The translations under genes were made by a program, and so were the position numbers. A stretch of DNA of 63,032 nt, the filler included, from Nemertoderma westbladi (taxonomy: Eukaryota; Animalia; Xenacoelomorpha): assembly GCA_032718475.1 (NCBI GenBank). It is 4 parts of 4 records of this genome, joined end to end, with 100 filler letters (N's around TTAATTAATTAA, not from the genome) between each part and the next. Parts side by side here need not be neighbours in the genome. Positions count along the whole stretch, not along the records: positions 20,895 to 50,319 come from JAUCBJ010009027.1; positions 50,420 to 59,833 come from JAUCBJ010001118.1; 2 more parts are not named here. One strand, given 5' to 3'. Positions 48,385-59,933 of the stretch are shown here, piece by piece. Every line of letters begins with the position of its first letter. Within the stretch, counting starts at the first letter, position 1. A model generated the notes under the pieces. It saw nothing but the letters and a program-made list of their open reading frames with translations. It made no database searches and was not told the origin of the DNA.

Positions 48385-50257
48385 CAACCGGGCCCACCAA
48401 CACCCTCCGACACCCATCCGGGCTCAACTACACCCGCCGACACCCTACCGGACTCACCAACACCCGTTGACACCCAACCGGGCTCATCAACGCCCACCAG
48501 CGCCCAACCGGGTAGTTCAACGCCCACCAGCACCCAACCGGTTTCAACGCGGCGCGCTACAGAACCAACCGGCCAACCCTCCTGCAGATCGCAACGCCAA
48601 TGTTGGTACGCTGACGATGCCTCATCAGCAGGTCGATTATCGGGCATCTGGGAGTGGTGGACAGAGCTTCTTCGCCTGGGCCCCAGCATCGGCTACAACC
48701 CCGAACCGACCAAGAGTTACCTCGTGGTCAAACCGGGGTTGGAAGACGAGGCCCAGGCGATGTTCGGTCCGAGTGGAATTCGGATCTGTGCTGGTCACCG
48801 TTTCCTCGGGGGATATATCGGAGATGAGGCTGGCCGGAAAGAGTTCGTTGCCAAGAAAGTCGACGGCTGGGTTGGCAATATCGGGAAACTCGCGGGGGTT
48901 GCAACAGAGTACCCCCAGACCGCCCACACGGGAATGTCCCGCTGTGTGCAGGCGGAATGGGACTACCTGCTGCGGGTCGTACCCACCCACGCCGAGGATG
49001 TCACCCCAATTCGGACGGCATTGCTAAGTAAGTTCATCCCCTCCCTCTTCGGGTGTTCTAGTCTGCAACCGGCCGACGAGGATCTCACCCTCCTCCCAGC
49101 CCGCCACGGTGGCATCGGACTGCGGGACCCTACAATGCGGCAGACCCCGGCACGCTCTGCGTCCATAGAAGGCACCGCGGTAGTTTCCGAGGCGATCCAG
49201 AGGACGCAACCTCTCCACGTGGCCGACCACACTGCCAAATTGCGAGCCGTCCTCGCAGCTAGCCGCATCTCCCAGGACGAGGCCTACAAGGAGAAGCGGG
49301 AGGCTGCGTTGGGAGCTCTACCGGCAGACCGCAGGCGAACTGCGACGCGAGCGGTCCTAAACAAAACCGGCGGCTGGTTGACGGCCCAGCCAAGCATCCT
49401 GGACGCCACCGACCTCAGTGCCGAGGAGTTCCGGGACAGCCTGAACCTCCGGTATGGCCTCGTCCCACCAGGACTCCCGTCCAAGTGCGAGGGATGTGGG
49501 GGGACGTTCTCCACCTCGCACGCGCTCAGCTGCAAGTCCGGCGGCCTCATCGTGAAACGCCACGATGAGGTTCGCGATGTTTTCGGGGAACTCCTGGCGT
49601 CGGCATTCGGTGCGCCCAGCGTTGAGCGGGAGGTGACCCTGTCCCGGGGGTACCTCGACAGGGAAGGTAGGGAGGTAGGGGGAGTGCGGGCGGATTTGGT
49701 CGCGCGGGGGGTTTGGGCGAACCAGAGAGTGGCGTCGTTTGACATTGCGGTAATTAACGCTGACGCCACCTCTTACGCCCAGACCAACCGCTCGACCGAG
49801 TCCCTCCTGGAGCAGCGGTGCCGGTTAAAGAAGATGCATTACCGGACCGTCTGTGAAGACCGGAGGATGTCGTTCACCCCTCTGGTGGGCACCACCGACG
49901 GTGTCTGGAGCGCCGAGGCCCAGATCCTCATCCGCCATCTCGCTGAGACACTCGTGGCCCGGCGGGATGGAATGCGAGAGAGGGGCCTCGCGTGTGTCAT
50001 GGGGGGTGTTCGACGGCGGCTGCAGTTCGCGCTTCTCCGGTCCAGCTCCCTCTGCCTCCGGGGCGGCCGACGGTCGTGGCGAGGCTTGGGCTTCGGGGAC
50101 GGGGCCGGTCTGCGAGGTGCGGGGCTGGCAGACCAGTTCTGAGTCGCTTTGTGTGGTGATGGGTATTTGTATTTTTAATGTTTTCTATTTGTATTTTGTC
50201 TAATATATATATATTGTATAGTAAGTAGTCGGATTATATTTTATATTTTATGTTGAC
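48385..50257 (+). mobile_element. CRE-like RLE non-LTR retrotransposon, truncated and internally deleted
   Basis: GC-rich insert with 7-bp TSD ATTAATT (48378-48384, 50258-50264), interrupting a MITE copy homologous to 26770-26955. Confidence 0.85.
48604..50142 (+). pseudogene. RT C-terminus + CCHC + restriction-like endonuclease of a CRE-like element
   Basis: WYADDA at ~48604 (frameshift before 48724); CEGC..H..C-KSGG..RHDEVRD, RADL, FDIAV, KKMHY and FTPLV. Confidence 0.88.
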
Positions 50258-50319
50258 ATTAATTATTATAATTCTATAGTTAATAAAAATAGTATATCAT
50301 TCCGGGGATGGAATTTATA

Positions 50320-50419
50320 NNNNNNNNNNNNNNNNNNNNNNNNNNNNNNNNNNNNNNNNNNNNTTAATTAATTAANNNNNNNNNNNNNNNNNNNNNNNNN
50401 NNNNNNNNNNNNNNNNNNN
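50320..50419. other. Artificial contig linker
   Basis: N44-TTAATTAATTAA-N44. Confidence 0.95.
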
Positions 50420-50421
50420 TA

Positions 50422-50794
50422 GGGGCCGTCCAAGTATGACGTCTGCACTTTTCCCCAAAATGTTGACCCCCTCCCTCCCCTAAATCAGATGTCATCAGAT
50501 AGGCGTTGACTCCCCCCCTCCTGCCTCCCCTAAATCAGATTAAAAAATTTTTCGCGTCCTAATCACTGAAACATGGTGACTGGTAACTGAAACAGAAGGT
50601 CGTGCTATGGGCCTTCGAACAATTAAAATAGGCAAGCTATTTACTCTTCTGCTATATCTCTTCTAGCACCTATAAATGAACATGCTGACGTCAGATTTTG
50701 GCTGACCCCCTCCCCTCCCCTCATCAGCACGTCATCAGATTTTCCCAACCCCCCTCCCCCCCCTAAAGTGCTGACGTCATACTTGGACGGCCCC
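50422..50794. mobile_element. PIF/Harbinger-like MITE
   Basis: TIR GGGGCCGTCCAAGTATGACGTC at both ends; TTA on the right flank and (N)TA on the left. Confidence 0.8.
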
Positions 50795-52880
50795 TTACCT
50801 GATTACTGAATTAAGTAACCTGCATAATCTTGTAACATGTGTTAACTTTCGTTTATTGTTTTGGTTCCCCCAACTGCCCAGCACGCCTCTGTCTGTCTGT
50901 AACCTGCTCCTTTAACCTTTCCCCGGTAACGTGGGGTAAAAAATTACCCCAAGGGGATACATTTGGATATTTTTCGCCAATCTCTCATATTATGTATGTC
51001 CAGCTTCATAGTATCTTCCAATCAACTTGTAATCTATCCATTGTGTGGGCCAGTCCCAGAAAATTATGCTTATGAAATATTTTATGGGCCCTTAATTTAA
51101 AAAAAACTTAGTTAGGTAAGGTGGGGTATAAAAATACCCCACTTATTGCTGGTATTAAATAACAGTATTCTTCATTATTTAGACTTCATTTCAGCCTTCA
51201 TTTATTCTTGTAGGCCTACCATGTACCATATCTAGTATGAGTAAATTATCTGGTACAGGTCTGGTATAAAGTTTCATTATTAAATATATTCTTCTCTACA
51301 TGCTGACAAGTATCTGGTATCTGAATGTTTAAAGAGTTATCAGTACCGGTGTGATAGTAAGGCATTCAATTATTAAAATGTCTGATATTGATGAGTGCAT
51401 AGATTATGAAAGCCTATCTGAGGAAAGTGATTGTATGGATGAAGAATGGGAGGAGGAGGATAGTGATGGGACTGATGTAGCATTGGATTTCGATGAAGAT
51501 ACCGATATCGGTACTGAGTCTACTGACTCTGGGGATGATGTTGTTTCATGTTCTGAACCTCCGGCTAAGCGCCCGTGTATGACATATACTGCTAAAAGTG
51601 GAAGAAAATGGTGTAGTATGCCTCCAGAATCACAAGGAATCAAGGCACCTTCAAGTAATATTGTCAAACAATTCTGGAATTACAAAACGAGCGAGCTTCC
51701 AAACTAAACAGGAATGTTTAGGGTTATTTCTAACTGTGGATATGATAAACATTATCGTCCGTGAAACAAATAGAAGGGCTAATCGAATTCATAGACAAAT
51801 AAGGGTATCTCCATTATGCTCTAAAGCAGTAGATTGGAAACAGTTGGACAGGGAAGAATTTACGGCTTTCATTGGGCTATTGATCTTGGCTGGCGTACAT
51901 AAATCCGCCCATGAATCTACAGAAGAGCTTTGGAGTTTGGATTCAATGCCAGTTTTTCGTTCTGTAATGACAGAAGTTAGATTCAAGGAAATTTTACGTC
52001 ATGTAAGATTTGACAATGTCATTGATAGACCCCAACGTCGAGAAACTGACAAGCTAGCAGCATTTCGTGACTATGGGAGTTATTTCTTGCCCAGCTTCCA
52101 GTAATGTACAAACCGGGGTTTGACATGACGGTTGATGAGCAACTTGTTGCATTTCGTGGAAGGTGTCCATTCAAGCAATACATTCCAAGTAAGCCAGGTA
52201 AATATGGCATTAAGATTTTCTGAAATTGTGATGCTGAAACATCGTACCCATTGAAGGGACAAATTTATTTGGGGAAACAACCACACCAGCAGAGAACTGA
52301 AAGTGTGGGGAGTAAAGTAGTAAAGGAAATGACCGACAAGTGGACTAAATCAGGAAGAAATATAACATGTGATAATTTCTTTACCGACTGTAAGCTTGCA
52401 GAAGAACTTCTTGTTGAGGATACTACAGTTGTTGGAACAATCAGGAAAAACAAGAAGGATGTCCCAAAAGCAATCAAACCTCAGCCTGAACGACCTGTCA
52501 AATCTTCGATATTTGGATTTGATAGAAAGCTTACCATGGTCAGCTATGTGCCAAAAAAGAATCGTGCTGTAGTGCTGCTCAGTTCAATGCACCATGATGA
52601 TAAGGTAGACCCTGTCACACAAAAACCAGATATTATCACACACTAGGCCTATAACAAAACTAAATCAGGAGTGGATAACCTTGACCACCTTGTTAGATTG
52701 AGTTCATGTAAACGTGGCACTCGACGTTGGCCTTTGGCATTATTTATGAACTTGATAGATGTTGCTTGTGTAGCAGCATATATTGTTTGGCACAAGCGTT
52801 ATGCCACCACAACCACCATTAGTGAGAAACATGGGCGACGAAGAATATTTTTGAAGAATCTTGGTTATGAACTTGTAAGA

Positions 52881-54785
52881 CAGTCGGTGAGAAGTCAAAA
52901 ATTGGACTTCAAGTCCAATTTTAGACTTCAAGTCCAATTTTGGACTCCAAAGTCCAATATTGGACTTTAGTACAACTCCAAGTGTACCCATGCTGCCATA
53001 CTGTATATCGGTATTTAAATCAAAACTGCATCCCGTATCAGTACATATATATTACATAATTACAATGCAACATTATTTTAATGATTAAATTAATTATTAT
53101 AAGTATTATAAGCAGGGATCGCACACGCACAATCAGACATCAGTAGTTACTTTTTGCGGTAGTGGTATGGCTTTGCGGTAGCCTTACTGCCTTAGTGGTG
53201 TATACCGCGGTAGCGGTAGTTGAGTTATAGCTGTATAGTTCATTCATACATACATACCCATACCTGTGGTATTTTCGTATGGCAAAAATAAGACTACTGT
53301 AAACTGTAACTGTTATTGAGTTAATGTTTATTGACTAATTGTTTTGATTAGGTTCACTGTGTCAAGTACAATGCACACATCTCTGCATCTCCAACCAGAC
53401 ACTATATAACATTGGAGTTGGAGGTGTCTCATTCAGTCATTGGTTCCCCCAAGCTTGACACTAGAACAAAGCCGCCTCCGCTTTGCAGGACATTGCTTTA
53501 AGCTGTGAGGACCAGCCAGTGCACCTCATGGAGTGAATAAGCATTGTGGACAGCCCATGAATTTCTTGAGACGCATCTTTCTTACTGTCTTAAAGGACAC
53601 TGGACTTGAAGATGCAGATGATCTAGCAAATGTCATGCTGTCATGGGTGATAAGGCTGTAAGAGTGTAAGGGAGTTGTGGAGGCGCACTTTTGTCTACAA
53701 GCCGGCACAGCATTCTTAATAGGGCCTTTATATATAACTGTATAATGCAGCTGCAATACAGCATGCCGATTGTTGTAGTAGTATGTGGTGAGGTGATAGG
53801 GCTCCTTCAATTGGTAAAGTCAAAAGTGGCCGTTTATTGTTTTAGTTAGAAAAGCCTGCCTCTGTAACCTGTTCCTTTCCCTCAATTGGTTTATGATTAT
53901 GACAGTATGACGTGTGTTACTTCTTACTTCTGTACTTATTATGTGGAGACCCCAACACGTTAATCAGTTACTAATCCCCTTTCATTATCCAGCCGTTTAG
54001 AAATACCCTTCCTGTTGTATGGAAAAATTAGAAGAGATGGTGGTAGCATCAACTTGTGGTATTTCTTTCTGATAGGGCTCCCATAGGGCATAGGCTTAGA
54101 CGAAATCGTAGCTTGTACTGTAGTTAGTCTTAGCAGCGGCTGCAGTTGGCAAACCTGGCATTGCTACCAGTTTCCACCAAATATAATTTGTAATTAAATA
54201 TTTGTTGGAGCATAATCTAATCTAGTCCTAAACAGCTAAATACTCTTAAAGTCCTGGGTACATAAGGCTGTATGGTTAGACATAACATGAATGTAAATTG
54301 TAAACTAAACAATACTGCAATATGCTAAAAGTAAAGTACAAAGTACCTAGAATGCTAGAATATACCATTATATTCCAAGTACAGTACACTGAAGATACAT
54401 ACAGAGCTGCAAAGGTAACTTTCCATAACTTAATAGCTGTCTGGCTGTCTCTCATCTGTCATGCTTCATGTACCTTTAAGTTTGATTCTCAATGTCACGT
54501 CCAAAATTGGACTTAAAGTCCAATATTGGACTTTTGTAAAAATTTAAAGCCTTATAAAAAAAGTTCCCCCTGGTGAATTTCAGGTCCCCCTGTTCAAAAC
54601 TCTTATTTTTTGATATATTTTCGATTAAAAAAAAAAAATCCCGCCCGATCCAATTACCCAAGGCCCTGGAACAATTGGCTGATTTGAAGTCCAATATTGG
54701 ACTCACAGAAGTCCAATTTTGGACTTGAACTGGAGTCAAAGTCCAATTTTGGACTCAAGTCCAATTTTTGACTTCTCACCGACTG
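52881..54785. mobile_element. Non-autonomous TIR element with 5-bp TSD
   Basis: TIR CAGTCGGTGAGAAGTCAAAAATTGGACTT, TSD TAAGA (52876-52880, 54786-54790), and subterminal arrays of AAGTCCAATWTTGGACT. Confidence 0.88.
53351..53783 (+). mobile_element. Diverged 3' fragment of the RTE LINE family
   Basis: Colinear with 3611-3984, with many small insertions. Confidence 0.85.
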
Positions 54786-55013
54786 TAAGACCAGTACAAC
54801 TCAATCGCACAAAAAATCCAAGAGCCCTGTCAAAATATGTTCATATTGCGCTGGATCTTATGGGTTTTTCTGACGAACTGAAAGCAGCAAGAGACAGCAT
54901 CTTCTAGTCTAAACCCTTCCAGCAAAACCCGTTGTCACCTCTGCCCAAGATACAAGAAATCTTGACCGAAAATGCACTAAGCACTGCGGAAAGTGTAAAC
55001 TGACAGTCTGCAG

Positions 55014-56960
55014 CCTATATGGAATACTGACAAAAAGCGCGCCACACGCGTCCTGGTTAAACGAAAATCGCGCCAGCCATGATATCTAATGCGCGCCAAG
55101 CCAACAATTGACTATGAAATTTTGCAGTAATTGCTTAATTGTAATAATTTATCAGTTTATAATGCTGTAGCCCTACAGTATTTTATCATTAACATGCGAG
55201 CGTAGCGAGCAAGGAAATTTTCCAATTATGTTAACATAAATACAGTCTGACAGTAATAGTCAGATAGTGCTGTAGTTGTAGTAGTCAGGTAGTAGTAGTA
55301 GGTCAACGTCAATTGACTGTTTTTAAATGCAGATGTGATCAAATGCGAGCGTAGCGAGCACGAAAATTTTAACATTTCAGCATTTAAAGTAGGCAAACCG
55401 CCTGTTTTCAAATGCAGATGTCATTAAATTGCGAGCTGGCGAGCGTAGCGAGCACGGAAATTTTAACATTTCAGCATTTAAAGTAGGCAAACCGCCTGTT
55501 TTCAAATGCAGATGTCATTAAATTGCGAGCTGGCGAGCGTAGCGAGCACGGAAATTCTGCTGAATCATGCAGGCAGGCAGGCTGTCATGGTTTTATTGGT
55601 TTGAAGAATCTGACAATTGAAAAACTTTTGAAACAAGTCATGTTTTTAATGGTCATGCTCAATCTGTCCGTTTTCATTTGTCCACAGCGAGACAGTGCTA
55701 AGAGTAGGCTTACAGTATAAACGCGAGCGAAGCGAGCGGACATTTTTCAATCTTTTTAAACCTATGGAATAATTTCAAATATAGCTGTAGAGTGGGATGT
55801 GTTGCCAGTGCACTGCTACGCTACATCCTACACTAAACCCTACATCCATATTCGCGCCAGGACCGCCAGGATCCTCAATGCGCGCCACACGCCCCTGTCA
55901 CTACGCGCCAGGATCCTTAATCCGCGCCCTATATGGAATACTGACAAAAAGCGCGCCACACGCGTCCTGGTTAAACGAAAATCGCGCCAGCCATGATATC
56001 TAATGCGCGCCAAGCCAACAACCTGACAACTGCAGAACTGACTATGAAATTTTGCAGTAATTGCTTTGTAATTGTAATAATTTCTGAATTTATCAGTTTA
56101 TAATGCTGTAGCCCTACAGTAGGCTATTTTAACATTAACATGCGAGCGTAGCGAGCAAGGAAATTTTCCAATTATGTTAACATAAATACAATCTGACAGT
56201 AATAGTCAGATAGTGCTGTAGTTGTAGTACAGTACCGGTAGTACTGTAGTAGTAGGTCAACGTCAACGGACTGTTTTTAAATGCAGATGTGATCAAATAC
56301 GAGCGTAGCGAGCACGAAAATTTTAACATTTCAGCATTTAAAGTAGGCAAACCGACTGTTTTCAAATGCAGATGTCATTAAATTGCGAGCTGGCGAGCGT
56401 AGCGAGCACGGAAATTCTGCTGAATCATGCAGGCTGTCATGGTTTTATTGGTTTGAAGAATCTGACAATTGAAAAACTTTTGAAACAAGTCATGTTTTTA
56501 ATGGTCATGATCAAAGAGTAGGCTTACAGTATAAACGCGAGCGAAGCGAGCGGACATTTTTCAATCTTTTTAAACCTATGGAATAATTACAAATAGAGCT
56601 GTAGAGTGGGATGTGTTGCCAGTGCACTGCTACGCTACCTCCTACTGTCCTAACTTAACCCTACATCCATATTCGCGCCAGGACCGCCAGGATCCCCAAT
56701 GCGCGCCACACGCCCCTGTCACTACGCGCCAGGATCCTTAATCCGCGCCACACGCCCCTGTCACTACGCGCCATGATCCTTAATCCGCGCCACACGCCCC
56801 TGTCACTACGCGCCAGGATCCTTAATCCGCGCCACACATGTTGAGCAAACTCTACATAAATTCCAACCTGGATCCGCGCCACACGCCCCTGTCACTATGC
56901 GCCAGGATCCTTAATCCGCGCCACACATGTTGAGCAAACTCTACATAAATTCCAACCTGG
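55014..56960. repeat. ~0.9-kb tandem duplication with internal GCGAGCGTAGCGAGC and ~42-bp GCGCCACACGCCCC repeats (probable non-autonomous transposon remnant)
   Basis: Units begin CCTATATGGAATACTGAC at 55014 and 55928. Confidence 0.8.
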
Positions 56961-57076
56961 GTCTGCAGGGATCACTTGAAAGAAATTTGTATATCATGCA
57001 CGAATGAATCAGATTCGGAATAAATAGAATAGGGGCCTAAATAGTAGGCCTAAATACTGAGCAGTAACTGACTCGG

Positions 57077-58386
57077 GATTCAGCAAGACTCATTTACCTC
57101 ATAACTTTCCATACAAACTATCAATCGTGATTCAGCAAGACTCATTCACCTCTTAACTTTCCATACAAACTATCAATCGTGATTCAGCAAGACTCATTTA
57201 CAGGGCTGGCAAAGTAGGTTTTTGTAAACCTAGGTTTTTGTCAAAAACCTAAAATTTGAAAAAAGCCTAAAACTAGGTTTTTAGGTTTTTGATTTTTAAT
57301 CTTCAATTTGCCTTTTAATTTCATTTGTATACTCAAAACAACTGAACAAGTCAACTTGCATTGTCAGCTGATGAGTTCCAGTCCAGTCCAGTTGTCTTGT
57401 CACTACCAGACTACTGACAAGCTGACTGACATGACTGATGCAAGTTAGTAGTCAGATGGTCCGGTACCGGCTGACCGGTAACTCAACTACCTGACTACAC
57501 AGACCTACATCCTGATCCTGACGTATGTAGTGTAATATGTAGTATGTACGTTGTTGCCTGATAACTGTACACGTACAGTACAGTGCAGCAGTGGTCCAGG
57601 CTCCAGGTGGCTGGGTCAGCGTCAGCGTCAGTGGGCTGGTGGGTGGTCTCTGCAGCTCTGGCTCTGGTCAGCTGGTGGTCACAGGCAGTCAGGTGGTTAT
57701 CGGGTTATGGTTTGCGTTATGCTTTGCGTTATGCTTTTACTGTTTTATGGCAGTATGGGACTGTGCCTGTGGGATGGGGTGGCATTCTGCATTCGCTGAA
57801 TCGCGTGCCTGCATTCTGCATGCATTGATTGATGCTAATGATACTAATAGACAGATAGACTACTGAACTAATACACTAATACTGTAATAGTGTAATAAAT
57901 AGTTGCACCTACTGTCTGAATTTAAGACTGTACTGCTGTAAGCCTACTTTCAGACTTTGTACAGGTTTATATAATTGTAACTAATATGACAATGAAACGT
58001 GACGGACCCATTCTTTCAAACAATTTTGTATCATAGTGTATCTATAAAATATAGGCCTAATCTTGACCAGTTGACCAAATGTGGCCCCATATAATTTATC
58101 TCATATCTAATCATTTACCAACCAGGCTGCCAGCGCCGGTCAATCTAATCAATCAATATACAAATACAGAAATACTACAAAAACCTAGCGAAAACCTTCA
58201 AAAACCGGCAAAAACCTTCCAAAAACCTACAAAAACCTTGCAAAAACCTAAAACCTAAAAATTTTTCTGAAAAACCTATGGTTTTTGCCAGCCCTGCTCA
58301 TTTAACTCATAACTTTCCATACAAACTATCAATCGTGATTCAGTAAGACTCATTTACCTCATAACTTTCCATACAAACTATCAATC
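57077..58386. repeat. 52-bp tandem repeat interrupted by a hAT MITE
   Basis: GATTCAGCAAGACTCATTTACCTCATAACTTTCCATACAAACTATCAATCGT at 57077, 57129 and 57181, resuming after 58296. Confidence 0.85.
57201..58296. mobile_element. hAT-like MITE
   Basis: TIR CAGGGCTGGCAAA, 8-bp TSD CTCATTTA (57193-57200, 58297-58304), and AAAACC subterminal repeats. Confidence 0.9.
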
Positions 58387-58888
58387 AGTCAATAAGATAT
58401 CAGCAATTTAATATCTATACTGCTATATGTACCGATTTACTATATCAGTTCAGTATATATTATTATATATGAGTATACTAATTATACTATGTAGGCCCTA
58501 TGACATAAATGTTGAATATAAATTTGTGTTTTAATAACCTGGAAATGTCATCCAATGATTTCAGTGTACCTCAAAAAATGCAAATTGTAATTGTCACAAG
58601 AGTTTCTCGGTTCAATATCACTTAAAAATTTTAAGTGATATTGAACCGAGAAACTCTTGTGACAATTACAATTTGCATTTTTTGAGGTACACTGAAATCA
58701 TTGGATGACATTTCCAGGTTATTAAAACACAAATTTATATTCAACATTTATGTCATAGGGCCTACATAGTATAATTAGTATACTCATATATAATAATATA
58801 TACTGAACTGATATAGTAAATCGGTACATATAGCAGTATAGATATTAAATTGCTGATATCTTATTGACTGATTGATAGTTTGTATGGA
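58368..58888. repeat. Perfect palindrome, 260-bp arms with a 1-nt spacer
   Basis: Centre CACTTAAAA-A-TTTTAAGTG at 58628; the arms match by eye to TCCATAC.. / ..GTATGGA. Confidence 0.9.
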
Positions 58889-59219
58889 TAGTATTGATAG
58901 TTTGTACATTTTAAGTTAAAATGTCTTTATTCATTTTGGGGTATAAAAATACCCCATGTTACCGTTGAAGGATATTTTTTTACCATACCGGGGTAGGGTT
59001 ATTATAGGGCAGGATACATGACTGAATGTAATCAGGATCGAATGTAACATAGGCCTAGCATCCTAGTTATTATTATTGCCATTTAAAGGAGCAGGTTACA
59101 GAGGCGTGTTAGGGCAACCAAAACAATAAACGAAAGTTAACACATGTTAGGCCTACAAGATTATGCAAGTTGCCGGTAGTGTTATATAGGTTATTGCCAA
59201 ATAGGAGTCGTGAGGTATT

Positions 59220-59802
59220 ATCATCTACATTTGGATTCGATAGAAACCTCACCATGGTTAGCTATGTTCCCAAGAAAGCTCGTGCTGTTGTGCTCATTAG
59301 TTCAATGCACCACGACACTAAGGTTGATGTTGCGATAAAATACAAACCAGACATTATTCTGCACTACAATAATAGTAAGTCAAGCATTGATAATATGGAT
59401 CACCTGGTGAGACTTTGTACATGTAAGCGAGCTACACGTCGCTGGCCTTTGGCTTTATTTATGAATATGCTGGACGTTGCTGGGGTTGCAGCATTTGTTA
59501 TATGGACGAAACTTTATCCTGATTGGCATAAAGGTTTGGGGCAGAAACGACGGAAATTCCTCGTTGATCTTGGGATGGAGCTCATTCGCCCGGTCCAATT
59601 GCTAAGATTAGATAACCCTTGTGCCTTGCAGAAAGGTGTAAAGAGTAGTCTGGCACTGATGGGATTTGAAATCCCATCCATTCCTAGGAATCAGGAACAG
59701 GCTAAGGCAGGTCAGTTAGGAACTTTCACCCGTCAAACGGCTGGACAGACACCCCTCAAACGGGTGGATGAGTTTGTATTTCTCCACACAAATCCCTATT
59801 AA
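59220..59802 (+). pseudogene. C-terminal fragment of a second, related piggyBac transposase
   Basis: FGFDRNLTMVSYVPKK..SSMHHD..IDNMDHLVR..TRRWPLALFMN, paralogous to 52510-52880. Confidence 0.85.
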
Positions 59803-59833
59803 AAATTAAAATTAAATTCGCATTGCTATTTTT

Positions 59834-59933
59834 NNNNNNNNNNNNNNNNNNNNNNNNNNNNNNNNNNNNNNNNNNNNTTAATTAATTAANNNNNNNNNNN
59901 NNNNNNNNNNNNNNNNNNNNNNNNNNNNNNNNN
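59834..59933. other. Artificial contig linker
   Basis: N44-TTAATTAATTAA-N44. Confidence 0.95.

Larger units (their letters stand above)
51378..55013 (+). pseudogene. piggyBac (PGBD4-like) transposase pseudogene, split by an insertion at 52881-54785
   Basis: Acidic N-terminus, VRFDN, TVDEQL..KPGKYG, TCDNFFT, GTIRKN, GVDNLDH and RRWP. After the insertion it resumes PVQLNR.. and reaches a Cys-rich RCHLC..HCGKC..VC; there are several stops and frameshifts. Confidence 0.9.
50916..58998 (+). mobile_element. Decayed piggyBac transposon with multiple nested insertions
   Basis: TTAA then CCTTTCCCCGGTA on the left; TACCGGGGTAGGG then TTAT on the right. The subterminal GGGGTA(T/A)AAAA(A/T)TACCCC motif is at both ends and a transposase lies inside. 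Confidence 0.7.

Noticed and set aside
20795-59933. TTAATTAATTAA motifs and apparent neighbourhoods across N-runs
   Set aside because: Artificial six-frame-stop linkers; the flanking contigs may not be adjacent.
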